DNA of 64,000 nt from an uncultured Acidobacteriota bacterium (GTDB taxonomy: Bacteria; Acidobacteriota; Vicinamibacteria; Marinacidobacterales; DATDRI01): positions 123,075-187,074 of the forward strand of contig CAVROO010000016.1 of the NCBI GenBank assembly GCA_963722765.1, in the 5' to 3' direction. This document shows positions 42,947 to 54,080 of the stretch, in pieces. Every line of letters starts with the position of its first letter. The first letter of the stretch is position 1. Made by a program: the position numbers and the translations under genes. The notes beneath the pieces were generated by a model that did no database searches, was not told the DNA's origin, and saw nothing but the letters and a program-made list of their open reading frames with translations.

Positions 42947-44007
42947 TCATACATGAAACCTAAAATAAATAACATCCCCATCCGCGACCAAATAACTCTT
43001 GCCCTCCAATCGGACGAGCCCCTTTTCGCGACATACGCTCCACGACTCTTCTCTCCTGAGGATTTCGAAGGGTACTACTTCAGCTCGAATGAATCCGCGT
43101 TCTATGTCGCTGTGGACGGCGCCGGCGGCGGTGACCGCCGTGGTGCCGTTGGGGATGATCCAGGCTCGCGCCTCTTTCGCCTCTCCGGTGAAAAAAGTGA
43201 GCATTCCCATGAGGGCGAAGGTTGCTTGGACGATACGGTCTACGGTGTCTTCTGTCAGACCTGAGATCTTCCCGGAAGGTTCGTGCGTCCTCCGGTGTGA
43301 GCTCGGCAATCTCGGCCTCGATGCGAGCGGACACGGAGCACAGCTTCGTTGCCGGCGCTTCGATCTGACGTTTCATTTTGGGATTTTCGGTCCAGTCGAA
43401 ATGGGCTTCATCCTCCCCTGCGTTGACGACGAGTAAACGTGGTTTTGCGGTTAGAAGAGCATAGCCGCGCAGTGTTTTCTGCTCATCTTCGGTTAAGGTG
43501 GCTCGTAGCGGAGTCTCAGCGGACAAAGTCTCTCTTGCACGTTCGAGTGCCGCCAACTCTCTCGGATCCGCCTTCACCCCTTTCCCCGCATCGGACTCGA
43601 GCCGCTCCAAACGTTTCTCGACCACGCCGAGGTCGGCCAGGATGAGCTCCAGATCCATGATCTTCGATGTCTCGAACCGGATCGACCGAACCCTCAGGGT
43701 GGGAAACCATTGGATCTCGAAAAGCGCGGACCACGTGAATCAGCACATCCAGGTTTCGAATAGCCGGTAAATCCAGTTTCTCTCTCGACTCTCCTTTGAC
43801 CAGTCCCTGAATAAGTGCGAGCTCGATGGTCGCGGAAGTCATCTTTCGAGAACCCTGAATGCGTGCGACCTCGTTCAACCGCTCATCGGGAATCTTGAGC
43901 ACTCCCAACTTGGAGGAGCGTCCCGGTGCTCCTGCCTCAGTCCGAGTCAACAGACCGAAAAGCATTCGGCGACCCGATCCTGGAAAACCCACGATTCCCG
44001 CCTTCAT
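42947..44007 (-). CDS. ychF: YchF/Ola1-like protein with atypical P-loop (indels near 43660 and 43270)
   Basis: IPDERL, HVVRAF, DLELILADL..VEKRLERL, LLTAKP, TFFT..KEARAW, AGAVHSDIERGFIRAEV, RLEGKSYLVADGDVIYFRF. Confidence 0.88.
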
Positions 44008-44264
44008 CGCTTCGGATCTTACTAGAGATCGCGATGGAGTTCAGGAAAATTCGGAGACCTCATTTGCGATCTCAACCGCGAAAGAGCAAAGAACGCGAAA
44101 CTCATTTGTGGGTTCAACGGCGGTCCACAATATTTGGTGTTCGATGTTCGCCTCTTATACCTTCTGTTGCGCACCGGGCTTTACAATCTTGTTGGGGGTT
44201 TTTTGCAGCGAACAATTGAAGAAAGCTTTAATCTCGATCTCTGTAAGTTGTAGTAAATGAATCC

Positions 44265-44321
44265 TTGACAAAGATCAGTGGCTATCTTAGGATTCTAGTG
44301 GAATAAAGTGGAATTGAGTGG
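44265..44321 (+). promoter_or_regulatory. dcw operon sigma70 promoter with MraZ-type operator repeats
   Basis: TTGACA(44265)-N17-TAGGAT(44288); AGTGG repeated at 44277, 44297, 44307 and 44317 (10-bp period). Confidence 0.82.
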
Positions 44322-44373
44322 TCTATTATTCTTGCCTTGGCGGGCTTCTGGCCCGTCAAGTGGAGGAGTTCAT

Positions 44374-44411
44374 CTAGTGTCCTGTATCGAATTACTGTTA
44401 CAGGGCGCTAG
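44374..44411. repeat. CTAG-bounded mini inverted-repeat element in the mraZ leader
   Basis: CTAGTGTCCTGTA-N12-TACAGGGCGCTAG; 16-mer identical to 12861-12876. Confidence 0.65.
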
Positions 44412-44431
44412 GCCATCACGAGGAGGTACGG

Positions 44432-44872
44432 TTGCTCAGGGGTAACTATCCCGCTCGGGTGGACGACAAAGGTAGGCTCAAGATCCCGAGTGGCTTTCTC
44501 CAGCTCCTGGAGACGAACCATGGCCCGGACGTTTTCGTCACCAGTCTCACCGGAGAGAACGTACGTGTGTACCCCATGGACGTGTGGGCGGAAGTGGAGC
44601 GGAAGCTCGCCGCCATTCCCAACTCGCATCCGTCCAAGATACGCTTCGTGAACCGCGTCCAATTTTACGGCCAGGCAACAGCGTGGGACAAGCAAGGCCG
44701 GCTTCTCATTCCCGCCTCTCTCAGGGAATCGGCGGAAATGAATGGGAATGTAGACGTTTTGGGACAGTTCAACTTCCTCGAGATCTGGAATCACGATCGA
44801 ATGCTGGAGAAGCTGAAAAAGGAGCCGTTCACCGAAGAAGACGGACGCGCTCTATCCGATTTCGGGATTTAA
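44432..44872 (+). CDS. mraZ: Division/cell wall cluster transcriptional repressor MraZ
   Basis: DDKGRLKIP and DKQGRLLIP repeats, LEIW. Confidence 0.93.
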   Translation: MLRGNYPARVDDKGRLKIPSGFLQLLETNHGPDVFVTSLTGENVRVYPMDVWAEVERKLAAIPNSHPSKIRFVNRVQFYGQATAWDKQGRLLIPASLRESAEMNGNVDVLGQFNFLEIWNHDRMLEKLKKEPFTEEDGRALSDFGI

Positions 44873-44908
44873 AGGTGGTGAACGCGAAAGCTTTACGGAA
44901 GGCCGGCC

Positions 44909-45803
44909 ATGCCCATTCATCAACCGGTCCTGCTCGACGAGGTGCTTCAATACCTGCGCCCGGTCGCAGGTCGGTCCTATGTCGACGGAACGCTGGGAGA
45001 AGGAGGGCATGCGGAGGCCATCCTGGAACGAAGTTCACCGGGGGGACGTCTTCTCGGCGTGGATCGCGACCCGGATACGTTGGTGCGGGCCCGTTTGCGT
45101 TTGGCTCGTTTCGGAGACCGAGTGGAATTGATACACGGTTCCTATGCCGAGATTCCCCGCTACCTCGAGCGCCACGATTGGAGGGGGGCCGACGGTATTT
45201 TGGTCGATCTGGGATTGAATACCCTGCAGCTCGACGATCCCCAGCGTGGATTTTCGTTTGCCCGCGAGGGGCCGCTCGACATGCGGTTCGACCCGACGGC
45301 GGAGACGACCGCTGCAGACCTCGTAAATCATCTGAGCGAGCGCGATCTGGCCGATTTGATCTTTCGATACGGGGAGGAACGGCGCTCGAGGGCCATCGCA
45401 CGGCGGATCGTCTCGTCGAGACCCCTCGGGACGACGTCGGACTTGCGGCGAGTGGTTCTCTCAGCGCTGGGCGGGCGGAGGCGGGGAGGCATCGACCCGG
45501 CGACCCGTACCTTCCAAGCTCTGAGGATTGCAGTGAATCAGGAGCTCGAGTCAGCTTACACGCTTCCTCGGGTGCGTAGGACCTTGCCTGAATCCAGAGG
45601 GGAGAGTGGGGATCATCTCCTACCATTCTCTGGAGGACCGGGAAGTCAAATGGTCCTTTCGGGGGAGGGCGAAAGACGAAGACGGTTCACGTTATCAAAT
45701 TGTCACACGCAAGCCTGTGCGACCGAGTTCGCAGGAGGTGGAGCTCAATCGCAGAGCGCGAAGCGCCAAGTTGAGGGTGTTGGAAAGGGTGGACTCTAGT
45801 TGA
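44909..45803 (+). CDS. rsmH: 16S rRNA m4C1402 methyltransferase (indel near 45575)
   Basis: [59 protein letters not shown]. Confidence 0.94.
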
Positions 45804-46210
45804 AATCGAGCCGCTTCTCCATCAACAAACGGGTGGAAAACGAGCAACTCGTGCGCGAGGTCGATCGCAAGCGTCATCGAGAGCTCTTCATGGCGGCGAT
45901 GACGGCCTTGGCCTTGGCCTTGGCAGTGCTGGCTTATGCCTGGCAACACTTCGAGATGATCCGAATCGGGTACCGGGTCGAAGAGCTTCGAATCGAGCGG
46001 GAACAGTTGCTCAGAACCAGACGCCATCTCGAGCTCGAAAAAGCTTCCTTGGTCTCTCCCGATCGGGTGGAGTCCATTGCCATTGGTGAGCTGGGATTGA
46101 AACATCCGACGCTTTCCCAGGTCATGGTGATCGAAACGAGAGCAGGGAGCGGAACGGAATCTCAAAAGTCGGGTGACGCGACTAGAACCGAACTATCGGT
46201 GAGGAAATAG
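45800..46210 (+). CDS. ftsL: Cell division protein FtsL
   Basis: TM plus leucine-zipper coiled coil, [15 protein letters not shown]; located between rsmH and ftsI. Confidence 0.85.
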   Translation: MKSSRFSINKRVENEQLVREVDRKRHRELFMAAMTALALALAVLAYAWQHFEMIRIGYRVEELRIEREQLLRTRRHLELEKASLVSPDRVESIAIGELGLKHPTLSQVMVIETRAGSGTESQKSGDATRTELSVRK

Positions 46211-46215
46211 AAAAC

Positions 46216-48297
46216 GTGATAGCAACAGACCGGTCCGTCAAAAGGGTCCACCTTCGATTGGCCCTCTTCGGACTGGCGAGCTCACTTTGGGTGCTGGCGA
46301 TTGTTGGTCGGCTGGTGTACCTGCAAACGGCGGCGAGGCCCCGCCTTCAGGAGCGTTCGGAGCTGCAACATCAGCAAGCGATGAAGGTCGACCCGATCCG
46401 CGGAACGATATTCGACCGGCAAGGGCACGCGTTGGCCGTGAGCGCGGAGGTCGAGTCCGTCTACGCGGTGCCGACGAACATCGACGATGCCGAGCGGGCG
46501 GCGCGTTCGCTCGCATCGTGTGTTGGTGGGGACCCCGCGAAACTCGTGAAGGGACTCACGAGCCGGAAGCATTTTCTTTGGATAAAACGGAAAGTGGACT
46601 TGACGGAAGGGAATTGCGTTCGGAATCTCGGATTGAGTGGAGTTAGTTTCCTCCCTGAGAATCGTCGCTTTTATCCGAAACGCACGATTGCATCTCACGT
46701 TCTTGGCTACGTCGGTATGGACAATAACGGCCTTTCCGGCGTCGAATACGCGCTCGAAAGTGAGATTCGAGGCGAGCCGGGAATGCAGATTATCTTGACC
46801 GATGCACGCAAGCGGCGAACCGCTAGTCGAGTGGAAAAGTCTCCTCTGCCGGGTCGGGACGTTTATTTGACCATCGACGAGACACTTCAGCACCTCGCTG
46901 AGACCCGTCTCGCGAAGGCGGTTCGAGAAAGCGGCTCCAAGCGGGGGACGTTTCTTCTCATGTCCACGCAAACGGGAGAGATTCTTGCCATGGCGTCGGT
47001 TCCGGGCTTCAACCCGAACCGTTACGACGACTATCCCGAAACCTACTGGCGCAACCGTGCCGTGACGGACACCTACGAGCCGGGCTCGACATTCAAAATC
47101 ATTCCTGCGGCGGCGGCTCTGGAAGAGGCGGTAACCACCGAGGAGGAGCGGATCGATTGCGGTCGGGGCTCCATTGTTGTGGGCAAGCAGCTTATACACG
47201 ATCACAAGGTTTTCGACTTCTTGACGTTTCGTGAAGTTATCGAGCTGTCGAGTAACGTAGGGATGATTCGAATCAGTCAGCGCTTGGGCAGGGAGAGGTT
47301 GGGCGAATACGTCCGGAATTTCGGTTTCGGTGAGCTGACCGCTGTGGAGTTGCCGGGAGAGAGTAGGGGTATCCTGCGACCGGCTGCGAGCTGGGGGCCG
47401 CGAACGATGGCTTCTATTGCGTTCGGTCAAGAAATCGGCGTGACCCCTCTTCAGATGATCACCGCTGTCAATGCGGTGGCTGCGTCCGGATATCTGATGC
47501 GCCCGCGGTTGATCCGCGAGATTCGTTCTCCGGACGGCGAAATCCTCGAGCATTTCGAGCCGGAGCCGCTACGGCGTGTGGTGAGTCGGGAGACCGCAGC
47601 GCGTTTGACGGAGCTCCTCATAGGCGTCGTCGACCAGGGCACCGGAGTTCGCGCGACCATACCGGGTTTTCGAGTTGCAGGCAAAACCGGCACCGCCCAG
47701 AAAGCGGCTTCCGGCGGCGGCTATTCGGATACGGACTACATAGCATCGTTCGTCGGTTTCGTGCCCGCCCGTCGTCCCGAGCTCACGGCTCTCGTTATTC
47801 TCGACTCGCCGACCGGCGATCACACCGGAGGATTGGCCGCGGGAGTATTTGCAGAGATCGTCGAGCTGAGTCTCCACTACTTGGGTGTGGCGCCCGCAGA
47901 GCGTCGAGAAGGGGCGCCGCTGGTGGCGCGTTGGCCGAAGCAGCCGTCCCTCACGAATCGGGGTGAAAGCACGTGGCTCGATGCGTCCTACGGGTCTCAA
48001 TCGGAAGGGGCAGAGATTCGGGTTCCCGCCCTTTACGGACTTTCAGCACGCGACGCCGTGGCCCGTGTCGTTGCTTCGCGGCTGGTTCCTGAGATTTATG
48101 GCTCGGGATGGATTGTAGGTCAGGAGCCACCGGCCGGTACCCGGGTTGCACCGGGTACACCCTGTACGTTGGTCCTAGGGCTTCGGGGAGCCACCAGCTT
48201 CGAGGAAATTGCAAAAATTGCGAGCAAGTATGGAGAGGCGGTCCGGCCGGTCTCAATACAAACAAACCGCCCCGTGGCCGGAGGTGATTCTCCATGA
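46216..48297 (+). CDS. ftsI: Class B penicillin-binding protein FtsI with PASTA domain
   Basis: RGTIFDR, YEPGSTFK (SxxK), SSN, KTGTAQK, C-terminal PASTA. Confidence 0.95.
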   Translation: MIATDRSVKRVHLRLALFGLASSLWVLAIVGRLVYLQTAARPRLQERSELQHQQAMKVDPIRGTIFDRQGHALAVSAEVESVYAVPTNIDDAERAARSLASCVGGDPAKLVKGLTSRKHFLWIKRKVDLTEGNCVRNLGLSGVSFLPENRRFYPKRTIASHVLGYVGMDNNGLSGVEYALESEIRGEPGMQIILTDARKRRTASRVEKSPLPGRDVYLTIDETLQHLAETRLAKAVRESGSKRGTFLLMSTQTGEILAMASVPGFNPNRYDDYPETYWRNRAVTDTYEPGSTFKIIPAAAALEEAVTTEEERIDCGRGSIVVGKQLIHDHKVFDFLTFREVIELSSNVGMIRISQRLGRERLGEYVRNFGFGELTAVELPGESRGILRPAASWGPRTMASIAFGQEIGVTPLQMITAVNAVAASGYLMRPRLIREIRSPDGEILEHFEPEPLRRVVSRETAARLTELLIGVVDQGTGVRATIPGFRVAGKTGTAQKAASGGGYSDTDYIASFVGFVPARRPELTALVILDSPTGDHTGGLAAGVFAEIVELSLHYLGVAPAERREGAPLVARWPKQPSLTNRGESTWLDASYGSQSEGAEIRVPALYGLSARDAVARVVASRLVPEIYGSGWIVGQEPPAGTRVAPGTPCTLVLGLRGATSFEEIAKIASKYGEAVRPVSIQTNRPVAGGDSP

Positions 48298-49808
48298 CGC
48301 CCATGGTGACTTTGGTGTCGGAGCCGAACGTGAGAAACAACCGGCCTTTGATTCTCAGAGATCTCCTCGGACTCTTTTCAGTGAGCGATGTTCGAGGAGA
48401 TGTCGATGTTCCGGTGCGTGGTCTGGCCGTAGATTCGAGACAGGTCGGAGCCGGATTCATTTTCGTCGCCATCGTCGGAGAGAACCACGATGGGCACCGC
48501 TTCTTGGGAGATGCTAAGAAACAAGGCGCGGTTGCGGTAGTGAGCGAAGACGTTCCCCGTGACCTCGACGTAGCCTGGATCCAGACTCCCGATGTCCGGA
48601 AGGCGGCAGGTGTGCTGTCGGCGACATTGGCGGGTGAGCCTTCGAAGCACATGGATCTCGTCGGGATTACGGGGACCAACGGCAAGTTGACGACGGCGTT
48701 CGTCGTGCACCATGTGCTCGAAAGTCTCGCTCCACCGGCGGTTTTGATGGGTACCGTCATCCAGCGGATCGGTGGTGCGACCCGGGTAACCCGCCACACG
48801 ACGCCGGAGGCTCCGGAGTTGCAGTCGTTTTTGTCTCGTGCCGTTGAGGCGGGATGTCGCTACGGCACTCTCGAGGTTTCGTCTCACGGACTCGCCATGG
48901 AACGGGTCGAAGGGACCCAGTTCGCTTGCGCGGTTTTTACGAATCTCAGTCGCGACCATCTCGATTTCCATCGCGATATGGAAGACTACTTCAACGCCAA
49001 GCGGGTGCTTTTCGAGCGTTACCTTCGGCCTGGGGGCGCGGCCGTGATCGGAATCGACGACGACTACGGGCGTCGATTGTCGGAGAGCCTATCCGTACCG
49101 ACATGGACTTTCGGATTTGCCGCCGATGCCCGTATCCGCGCCGATGGCCTTCGGGCCACGTTCGAAGGACTCGAGCTCGAGGTCCATGAGCAAGGTCGAA
49201 TGCGGCGACTCGTGAGCCCCCTTATTGGTCGCCACAACGCCCTCAATCTTCTGGGAGCGTACGGAGTCGGTCGAGTCCTGGGTTTCGAGCCGGACCTTCT
49301 TCTGGAGGTGCTCGGTGGGGCAAAGGGGGCGCCGGGGAGGTACGAGAAAGTCGAGGAGGGGCAGCCGTTTCACGTGGTTGTGGATTACGCTCATACCGAC
49401 GATGCCCTTCGGAACCTGCTAGAGACGACCAGGATTTTGCCGCATCACAAAATTCTGACGGTTTTCGGCTGTGGAGGTAACCGAGACCGTTCGAAACGTC
49501 CGTTGATGGGTGCAGTGGCCGCGCGATTGTCGGATACGGTTGTGCTGACCTCGGATAATCCGAGGAGTGAGGACCCGGAGTCGATCATTCGTGAGATCGA
49601 GCTCGGCACGAAAGGACCCCGCTGTATAGCTCAGGTTCTTGTGGAGCCCGATCGTCGGAGCGCTATCGAACTGGCCATTTCGTTGGCCGAGCCCGACGAC
49701 GTGGTTTTGATTACGGGAAAAGGACACGAGACCTACCAGGCCATTGGAGGTCAGGTCATCCCGTTCGATGATCGGGAAGTCATCCGAGAGATTCTCAAGA
49801 AAAGATAA
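48294..49808 (+). CDS. murE: UDP-MurNAc-tripeptide synthetase (meso-DAP type)
   Basis: GITGTNGK, EVSSH, FTNLSRDHLDFH, VDYAHT, FGCGGNRD, DNPR, GKGHE. Confidence 0.96.
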   Translation: MTPMVTLVSEPNVRNNRPLILRDLLGLFSVSDVRGDVDVPVRGLAVDSRQVGAGFIFVAIVGENHDGHRFLGDAKKQGAVAVVSEDVPRDLDVAWIQTPDVRKAAGVLSATLAGEPSKHMDLVGITGTNGKLTTAFVVHHVLESLAPPAVLMGTVIQRIGGATRVTRHTTPEAPELQSFLSRAVEAGCRYGTLEVSSHGLAMERVEGTQFACAVFTNLSRDHLDFHRDMEDYFNAKRVLFERYLRPGGAAVIGIDDDYGRRLSESLSVPTWTFGFAADARIRADGLRATFEGLELEVHEQGRMRRLVSPLIGRHNALNLLGAYGVGRVLGFEPDLLLEVLGGAKGAPGRYEKVEEGQPFHVVVDYAHTDDALRNLLETTRILPHHKILTVFGCGGNRDRSKRPLMGAVAARLSDTVVLTSDNPRSEDPESIIREIELGTKGPRCIAQVLVEPDRRSAIELAISLAEPDDVVLITGKGHETYQAIGGQVIPFDDREVIREILKKR

Positions 49809-50104
49809 GAAGACAACGCAAAGTCGCGGAGCCGCAGAGCGCTAGTGAGAGTTCAAAGAAAGAAACGCAAAGGCGCGGAGACGCCAAGGCGCCAAGCGCG
49901 GGCTAAGACCGAAGATAAAGGTAAGTGTTTAGGAAAAAGGAACGAAGAGCCGCAGAGCCCGAGTGAACTGATATTGAAAAGGACCATGAGGGGCAGGCCG
50001 ATGAAGACCGCAATTTGGCCTGCCGCGAGCGGAGCGAGCCCGGCCCGAATGGGCCGAGGAGACCGCGCGAGGAGCGCGGTCGGCGAGCGAGAACTAAGAT
50101 TGAC
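49809..50104. repeat. Repeat-rich insertion between murE and murF
   Basis: Two AACGCAAAG.CGCGGAG modules (same family as 17074 and 63171) and GAGCGGAGCGAG-type REP-like sequence. Confidence 0.6.
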
Positions 50105-51490
50105 ATGCGCATAACACTGACCCAAGCGGCATCCTGGATGGGCGGCACCATCGAGGCGGGCGGGGAAGATCCGTCTTTCGAGGCCGTTTCGATCGATTCG
50201 CGGACTCTCGAGTCCGGTCAGTTGTTCTTTGCCATCATCGGGCCGAACCACGATGGGCATCGTTTCGTCGAGCAAGCCTTTGAACGTGGGGCGATCGGGG
50301 TTGTCGTGTCATCCCAAACGCCGACCAACCGAGCCGGCGTTCGAATTCGCGTTCCGGATACTACGTTCGCCCTTCAAGACCTCGCTGCCGCAGTCCGGCG
50401 TGAATCGGGCATGAAAGTGGTGGCCATTACAGGGAGCATGGGAAAGACCACGACCAAGGAGGCAACGGCCTTGGCGCTCGGAGCGCGGCTCCGGGTTTTG
50501 AAGTCGGAGAAAAACTTCAACAACTTTTACGGCCTTCCCCTTTCCATACTCAGGCATTGTGACGAGAACGTGGGAGTTTTCGAGTTGGGGATGTCCGCTC
50601 CGGGCGAGTTGGCTCGGTTGACGGAGATAGCTCGACCCGACGTCGGTGTGCTTACCAATGTAGCCGAAGTGCATCGAGAGTTCTTTCCTTCCCTCGAGGC
50701 CATCGCCCGCGCCAAAGGTGAGCTCTTCGACGGGTTGCCGGAAGACGCGGTGTCGGTTGTCAACGCAGACGATCCTCTAGTGCTCTCGGAGGCGCGCCGG
50801 TTCGCGGGACGACAGATTCGGTTTGGACTCAGTGACGGCGCCGATGTGAGGGCGATGCGAATTCAACGGGAGCGCGAAGGGATTAGATTCGCCGCCCATT
50901 ACGAAGACCAGGAAACGGAGGTTCATTCGCCTGTTCACGGTTTGCACAACGTGTACAACCTTCTCGCAGCGCTCACGGTTTCGGTGGTGCTCGGCCTTCC
51001 AATGGCCACGGCGGCGGCGGAGCTCACCAAGTTGACTCCGCCTCCGCATCGAGGAGAAAGAATCCGCCTGCGTGACAGTATCGTGATCATCGACGAGACC
51101 TACAACTCGAATCCGACCGCCCTTGATTTTGTGCTCGAATCCTTTGCGGAAGAGGAAGCATCGCGCCGGGTCGCCGTGTTGGGAGATATGTTGGAGCTTG
51201 GGGATCGTGCCGAGTCTCTTCATCGGGACAGCGGCCGTAAGGCTGCGCGGTCGGGGCTCGATTTGCTCATCGGCGTCGGACCGCTCGGGCGTCTCATTGT
51301 GGAGGAGGCATGCCGGGCCGGCATGTCGGAAGCTTCGACGCTCGCCGCCGAAACGGCCGCGGAAGCGGCTAAGCTTCTGGTCGACCGAATCGAGTCCGGC
51401 GATATCGTTTTACTCAAGGCCTCGCGGGGAGTCGGACTCGACCGCGCCATGGACGCGTTGCGAGCTCGCTTCGGGATGGAGACGCTCTGA
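50105..51490 (+). CDS. murF: UDP-MurNAc-pentapeptide synthetase
   Basis: [49 protein letters not shown]. Confidence 0.96.
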   Translation: MRITLTQAASWMGGTIEAGGEDPSFEAVSIDSRTLESGQLFFAIIGPNHDGHRFVEQAFERGAIGVVVSSQTPTNRAGVRIRVPDTTFALQDLAAAVRRESGMKVVAITGSMGKTTTKEATALALGARLRVLKSEKNFNNFYGLPLSILRHCDENVGVFELGMSAPGELARLTEIARPDVGVLTNVAEVHREFFPSLEAIARAKGELFDGLPEDAVSVVNADDPLVLSEARRFAGRQIRFGLSDGADVRAMRIQREREGIRFAAHYEDQETEVHSPVHGLHNVYNLLAALTVSVVLGLPMATAAAELTKLTPPPHRGERIRLRDSIVIIDETYNSNPTALDFVLESFAEEEASRRVAVLGDMLELGDRAESLHRDSGRKAARSGLDLLIGVGPLGRLIVEEACRAGMSEASTLAAETAAEAAKLLVDRIESGDIVLLKASRGVGLDRAMDALRARFGMETL

Positions 51491-52572
51491 TGCTCTATCA
51501 TCTTCTCTACCCGCTCCATAGTGAGATTAGTGCTTTCAACGTCTTTCGGTACGTCACGTTCCGAACCGCTTGCGCGGCTCTCACCGCTCTCGTTATTTCC
51601 TTTGTGCTCGGACCTTGGCTCATTCGAAAGCTTCGTCAATTTCAAATCGGTGAGCGAATCCGGCATGATGGACCCGAAGCGCACAAGGCTAAGGCAGGAA
51701 CACCGACGATGGGCGGCCTGATGATTCTGGCCGCCGTTATCATCCCGACTCTGCTTTGGGCGGATCTGACCAGCAATTACGTATGGGTGGCGCTTGCGAC
51801 CACGGCGGCTTACGGGGTGATTGGCTTCGCCGACGATTACCTCAAGGCGTCGCGCAAATCACACGGCTTGTCGGTCCGCTCCAAGATGATTTTGCAGATT
51901 CTCGTCGCCATCGGCGTCGGATTCGTTCTCCTGGAGCTGTCGCGTGAGGGCTCCTATAACACCGAGCTTTTGTTTCCTTTCTTAAAGGAGCTCCGGCCGG
52001 ACATTTCCTGGCTTTATGTTCCCTTTGCGGTCCTTGTGATCGTGGGTGCGTCCAATGCTGTTAATTTCACCGACGGTCTCGACGGTCTGGCGATCGGATC
52101 GGTTCTCATCGCAGCGGCCGCCTTTACTTTACTCACTTATCTCACCGGACACGCACAGTTTTCAGCCTATCTAGACCTCATTCATTTTCCGCAGGTGTGG
52201 GAGTTGACCATCTTTTGCGGCGCCATGGTTGGGGCGAGTCTCGGATTCTTGTGGTTCAACAGCTATCCGGCCGAAGTCTTCATGGGAGACGTGGGCTCGC
52301 TCGCTTTGGGCGGCGCCATCGGTACTGTGGCCCTTCTCATCAAGCAAGAGCTTCTTCTCGTTCTGGTGGGTGGGTTATTCGTGGTCGAAGCGCTCTCGGT
52401 CATCATCCAAATTACTTATTTCAAGGTCACGGGGAAGCGCTTTTTTCGTATGGCTCCATTGCATCACCACTTCGAGCTCATGGGCTGGAAGGAGCCGACG
52501 ATCATCATCCGTTTTTGGATCCTGGCCATCATTTTCGCGTTAGCGAGCTTGACGACTTTGAAATTGCGGTGA
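51490..52572 (+). CDS. mraY: Phospho-MurNAc-pentapeptide transferase
   Basis: [42 protein letters not shown]. Confidence 0.97.
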   Translation: MLYHLLYPLHSEISAFNVFRYVTFRTACAALTALVISFVLGPWLIRKLRQFQIGERIRHDGPEAHKAKAGTPTMGGLMILAAVIIPTLLWADLTSNYVWVALATTAAYGVIGFADDYLKASRKSHGLSVRSKMILQILVAIGVGFVLLELSREGSYNTELLFPFLKELRPDISWLYVPFAVLVIVGASNAVNFTDGLDGLAIGSVLIAAAAFTLLTYLTGHAQFSAYLDLIHFPQVWELTIFCGAMVGASLGFLWFNSYPAEVFMGDVGSLALGGAIGTVALLIKQELLLVLVGGLFVVEALSVIIQITYFKVTGKRFFRMAPLHHHFELMGWKEPTIIIRFWILAIIFALASLTTLKLR

Positions 52573-52648
52573 TGGAGAAGGTGGTGTCGGAAAGGCATGG
52601 AAGGAAGGAATTTAGAGAAACAAGATAAAGAAAAACGAGGCGTAGTCT

Positions 52649-54068
52649 TTGAGGATACAAGAGCTCCAGGGCCGCCGGGTGTTGGTCGTCGGCCTGGCAC
52701 GAAGCGGTGTGGCTGCGGCCGAGTTCCTGGTTCGCCGTGGCGCCCAGGTGCGGGTCACCGATCTGAGGACGGAGGAAGAGCTTCCCGCGGAATTATCTGG
52801 GTTGAAACGGGCCGGTGTGGAGCTCATTCTCGGGTCGCATCCGTCAGGTCTTGTTTCGGGTATGGACCTCGTGATCGTGAGCCCGGGCGTTCCGCTCCAT
52901 GCTCCGCCGCTTCGCGAAGCGCGGGCCAAGGGAGTGCCTCTGTGGGGCGAGTTGGAGCTCGGGTTCCGACAGATTCAAGGCGAGGTCATTGCCGTAACGG
53001 GTACCAAGGGCAAGTCTACGACGGCAAGCTTGATCGCGGAGATTCTGAAGCGGTCCGGGCGTTCCGTCTATCTGGGAGGCAACATCGGTCAACCCTTGAT
53101 TGGGCTGGTGGAGAGAGCTTCCCGAGACTCTGTTTTCGTTGTGGAAGTCTCGAGCTTTCAGCTGGAGACCATCGAGAGTTTTCGGCCTCGAATCGCGGTG
53201 CTGCTCGACGTGACGCCGGACCACTTGGATTGGCACCCATCGTTCGAAGCCTATGTTCAAGCTAAGCAGCGGATTTTTACGAATCAGGAGGCTGGGGATT
53301 GGGCGGTCGTTTACGGCGGAAATCCCCTGACGTTGGATATGGCGTCTAAGGCTCGTTCGAAGAAAATCTATTTCAGTTACGAAGGTCTCAGCGATTTGGA
53401 GCGAAAGATCCGGGTGGAAGGCCCTTGGATTGTGCGCAGTGATGGAGGGGAGACGCGTCCTCTGGTTAGGCTCGAGAGCATTCCTCTCAAGGGACGACAT
53501 AACGTGGAGAACATCATGGCCGCCCTCGGTGTTGCTTCGGTGGTCGATATCGAGCCCGAGCTACTCGCTTTGGCGGTTGGGGATTTTTCCGGTGTCCCGC
53601 ACGCGCTCGAACGCGTTGGAGAGCTCGACGGGGTTGCCTTTTACAACGATTCCAAAGCTACCAATCTCGCTGCAGCCTCTGCGGCACTCGAGAGTTTCGA
53701 TTCCGGCGTGTTCTTGATACTCGGAGGACGTTCCAAAGCCGGAGATTTCAAATCGCTCCGGACCCAAGTGAAGAGAAAAGTCAAGCGGGTCCTGGCGATC
53801 GGCGAGTCCAAGCATCTTATCGAGACGGCTCTAGGTGATTTGGTCCCGGTCGTAGCTTGCCGAAGTCTGAAACAAGCCGTGGAGACGGCGTTCCGAAACG
53901 CCCGCCCCGGAGACACGGTTCTCCTTTCTCCGGCCTGCGCCAGTTTCGACATGTTTACGGATTACGCCGAGCGGGGCGAACGTTTCCGGGAGGAAGTGGA
54001 GAAGCTTGCCAAACGGAACGGACGGGTCCGATCTGAATTGTGGCGAGGAGAGCAACGGAAAGGACTGA
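52649..54068 (+). CDS. murD: UDP-MurNAc-L-Ala:D-Glu ligase (true stop lost, probably by an indel; end approximate)
   Basis: GLARSG, SPGVP, GTKGKSTT, EVSSFQL, DHLDWH, NDSKATN, LSPACASFDMF. Confidence 0.93.
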
Positions 54069-54080
54069 TGGCGATTCACC

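Noticed and set aside
48681-48700. MurE P-loop GKLTT instead of GKT/STT
   Set aside because: A single base (TTG versus TCG) explains it and all other motifs are canonical; it cannot be distinguished from a base-call error.
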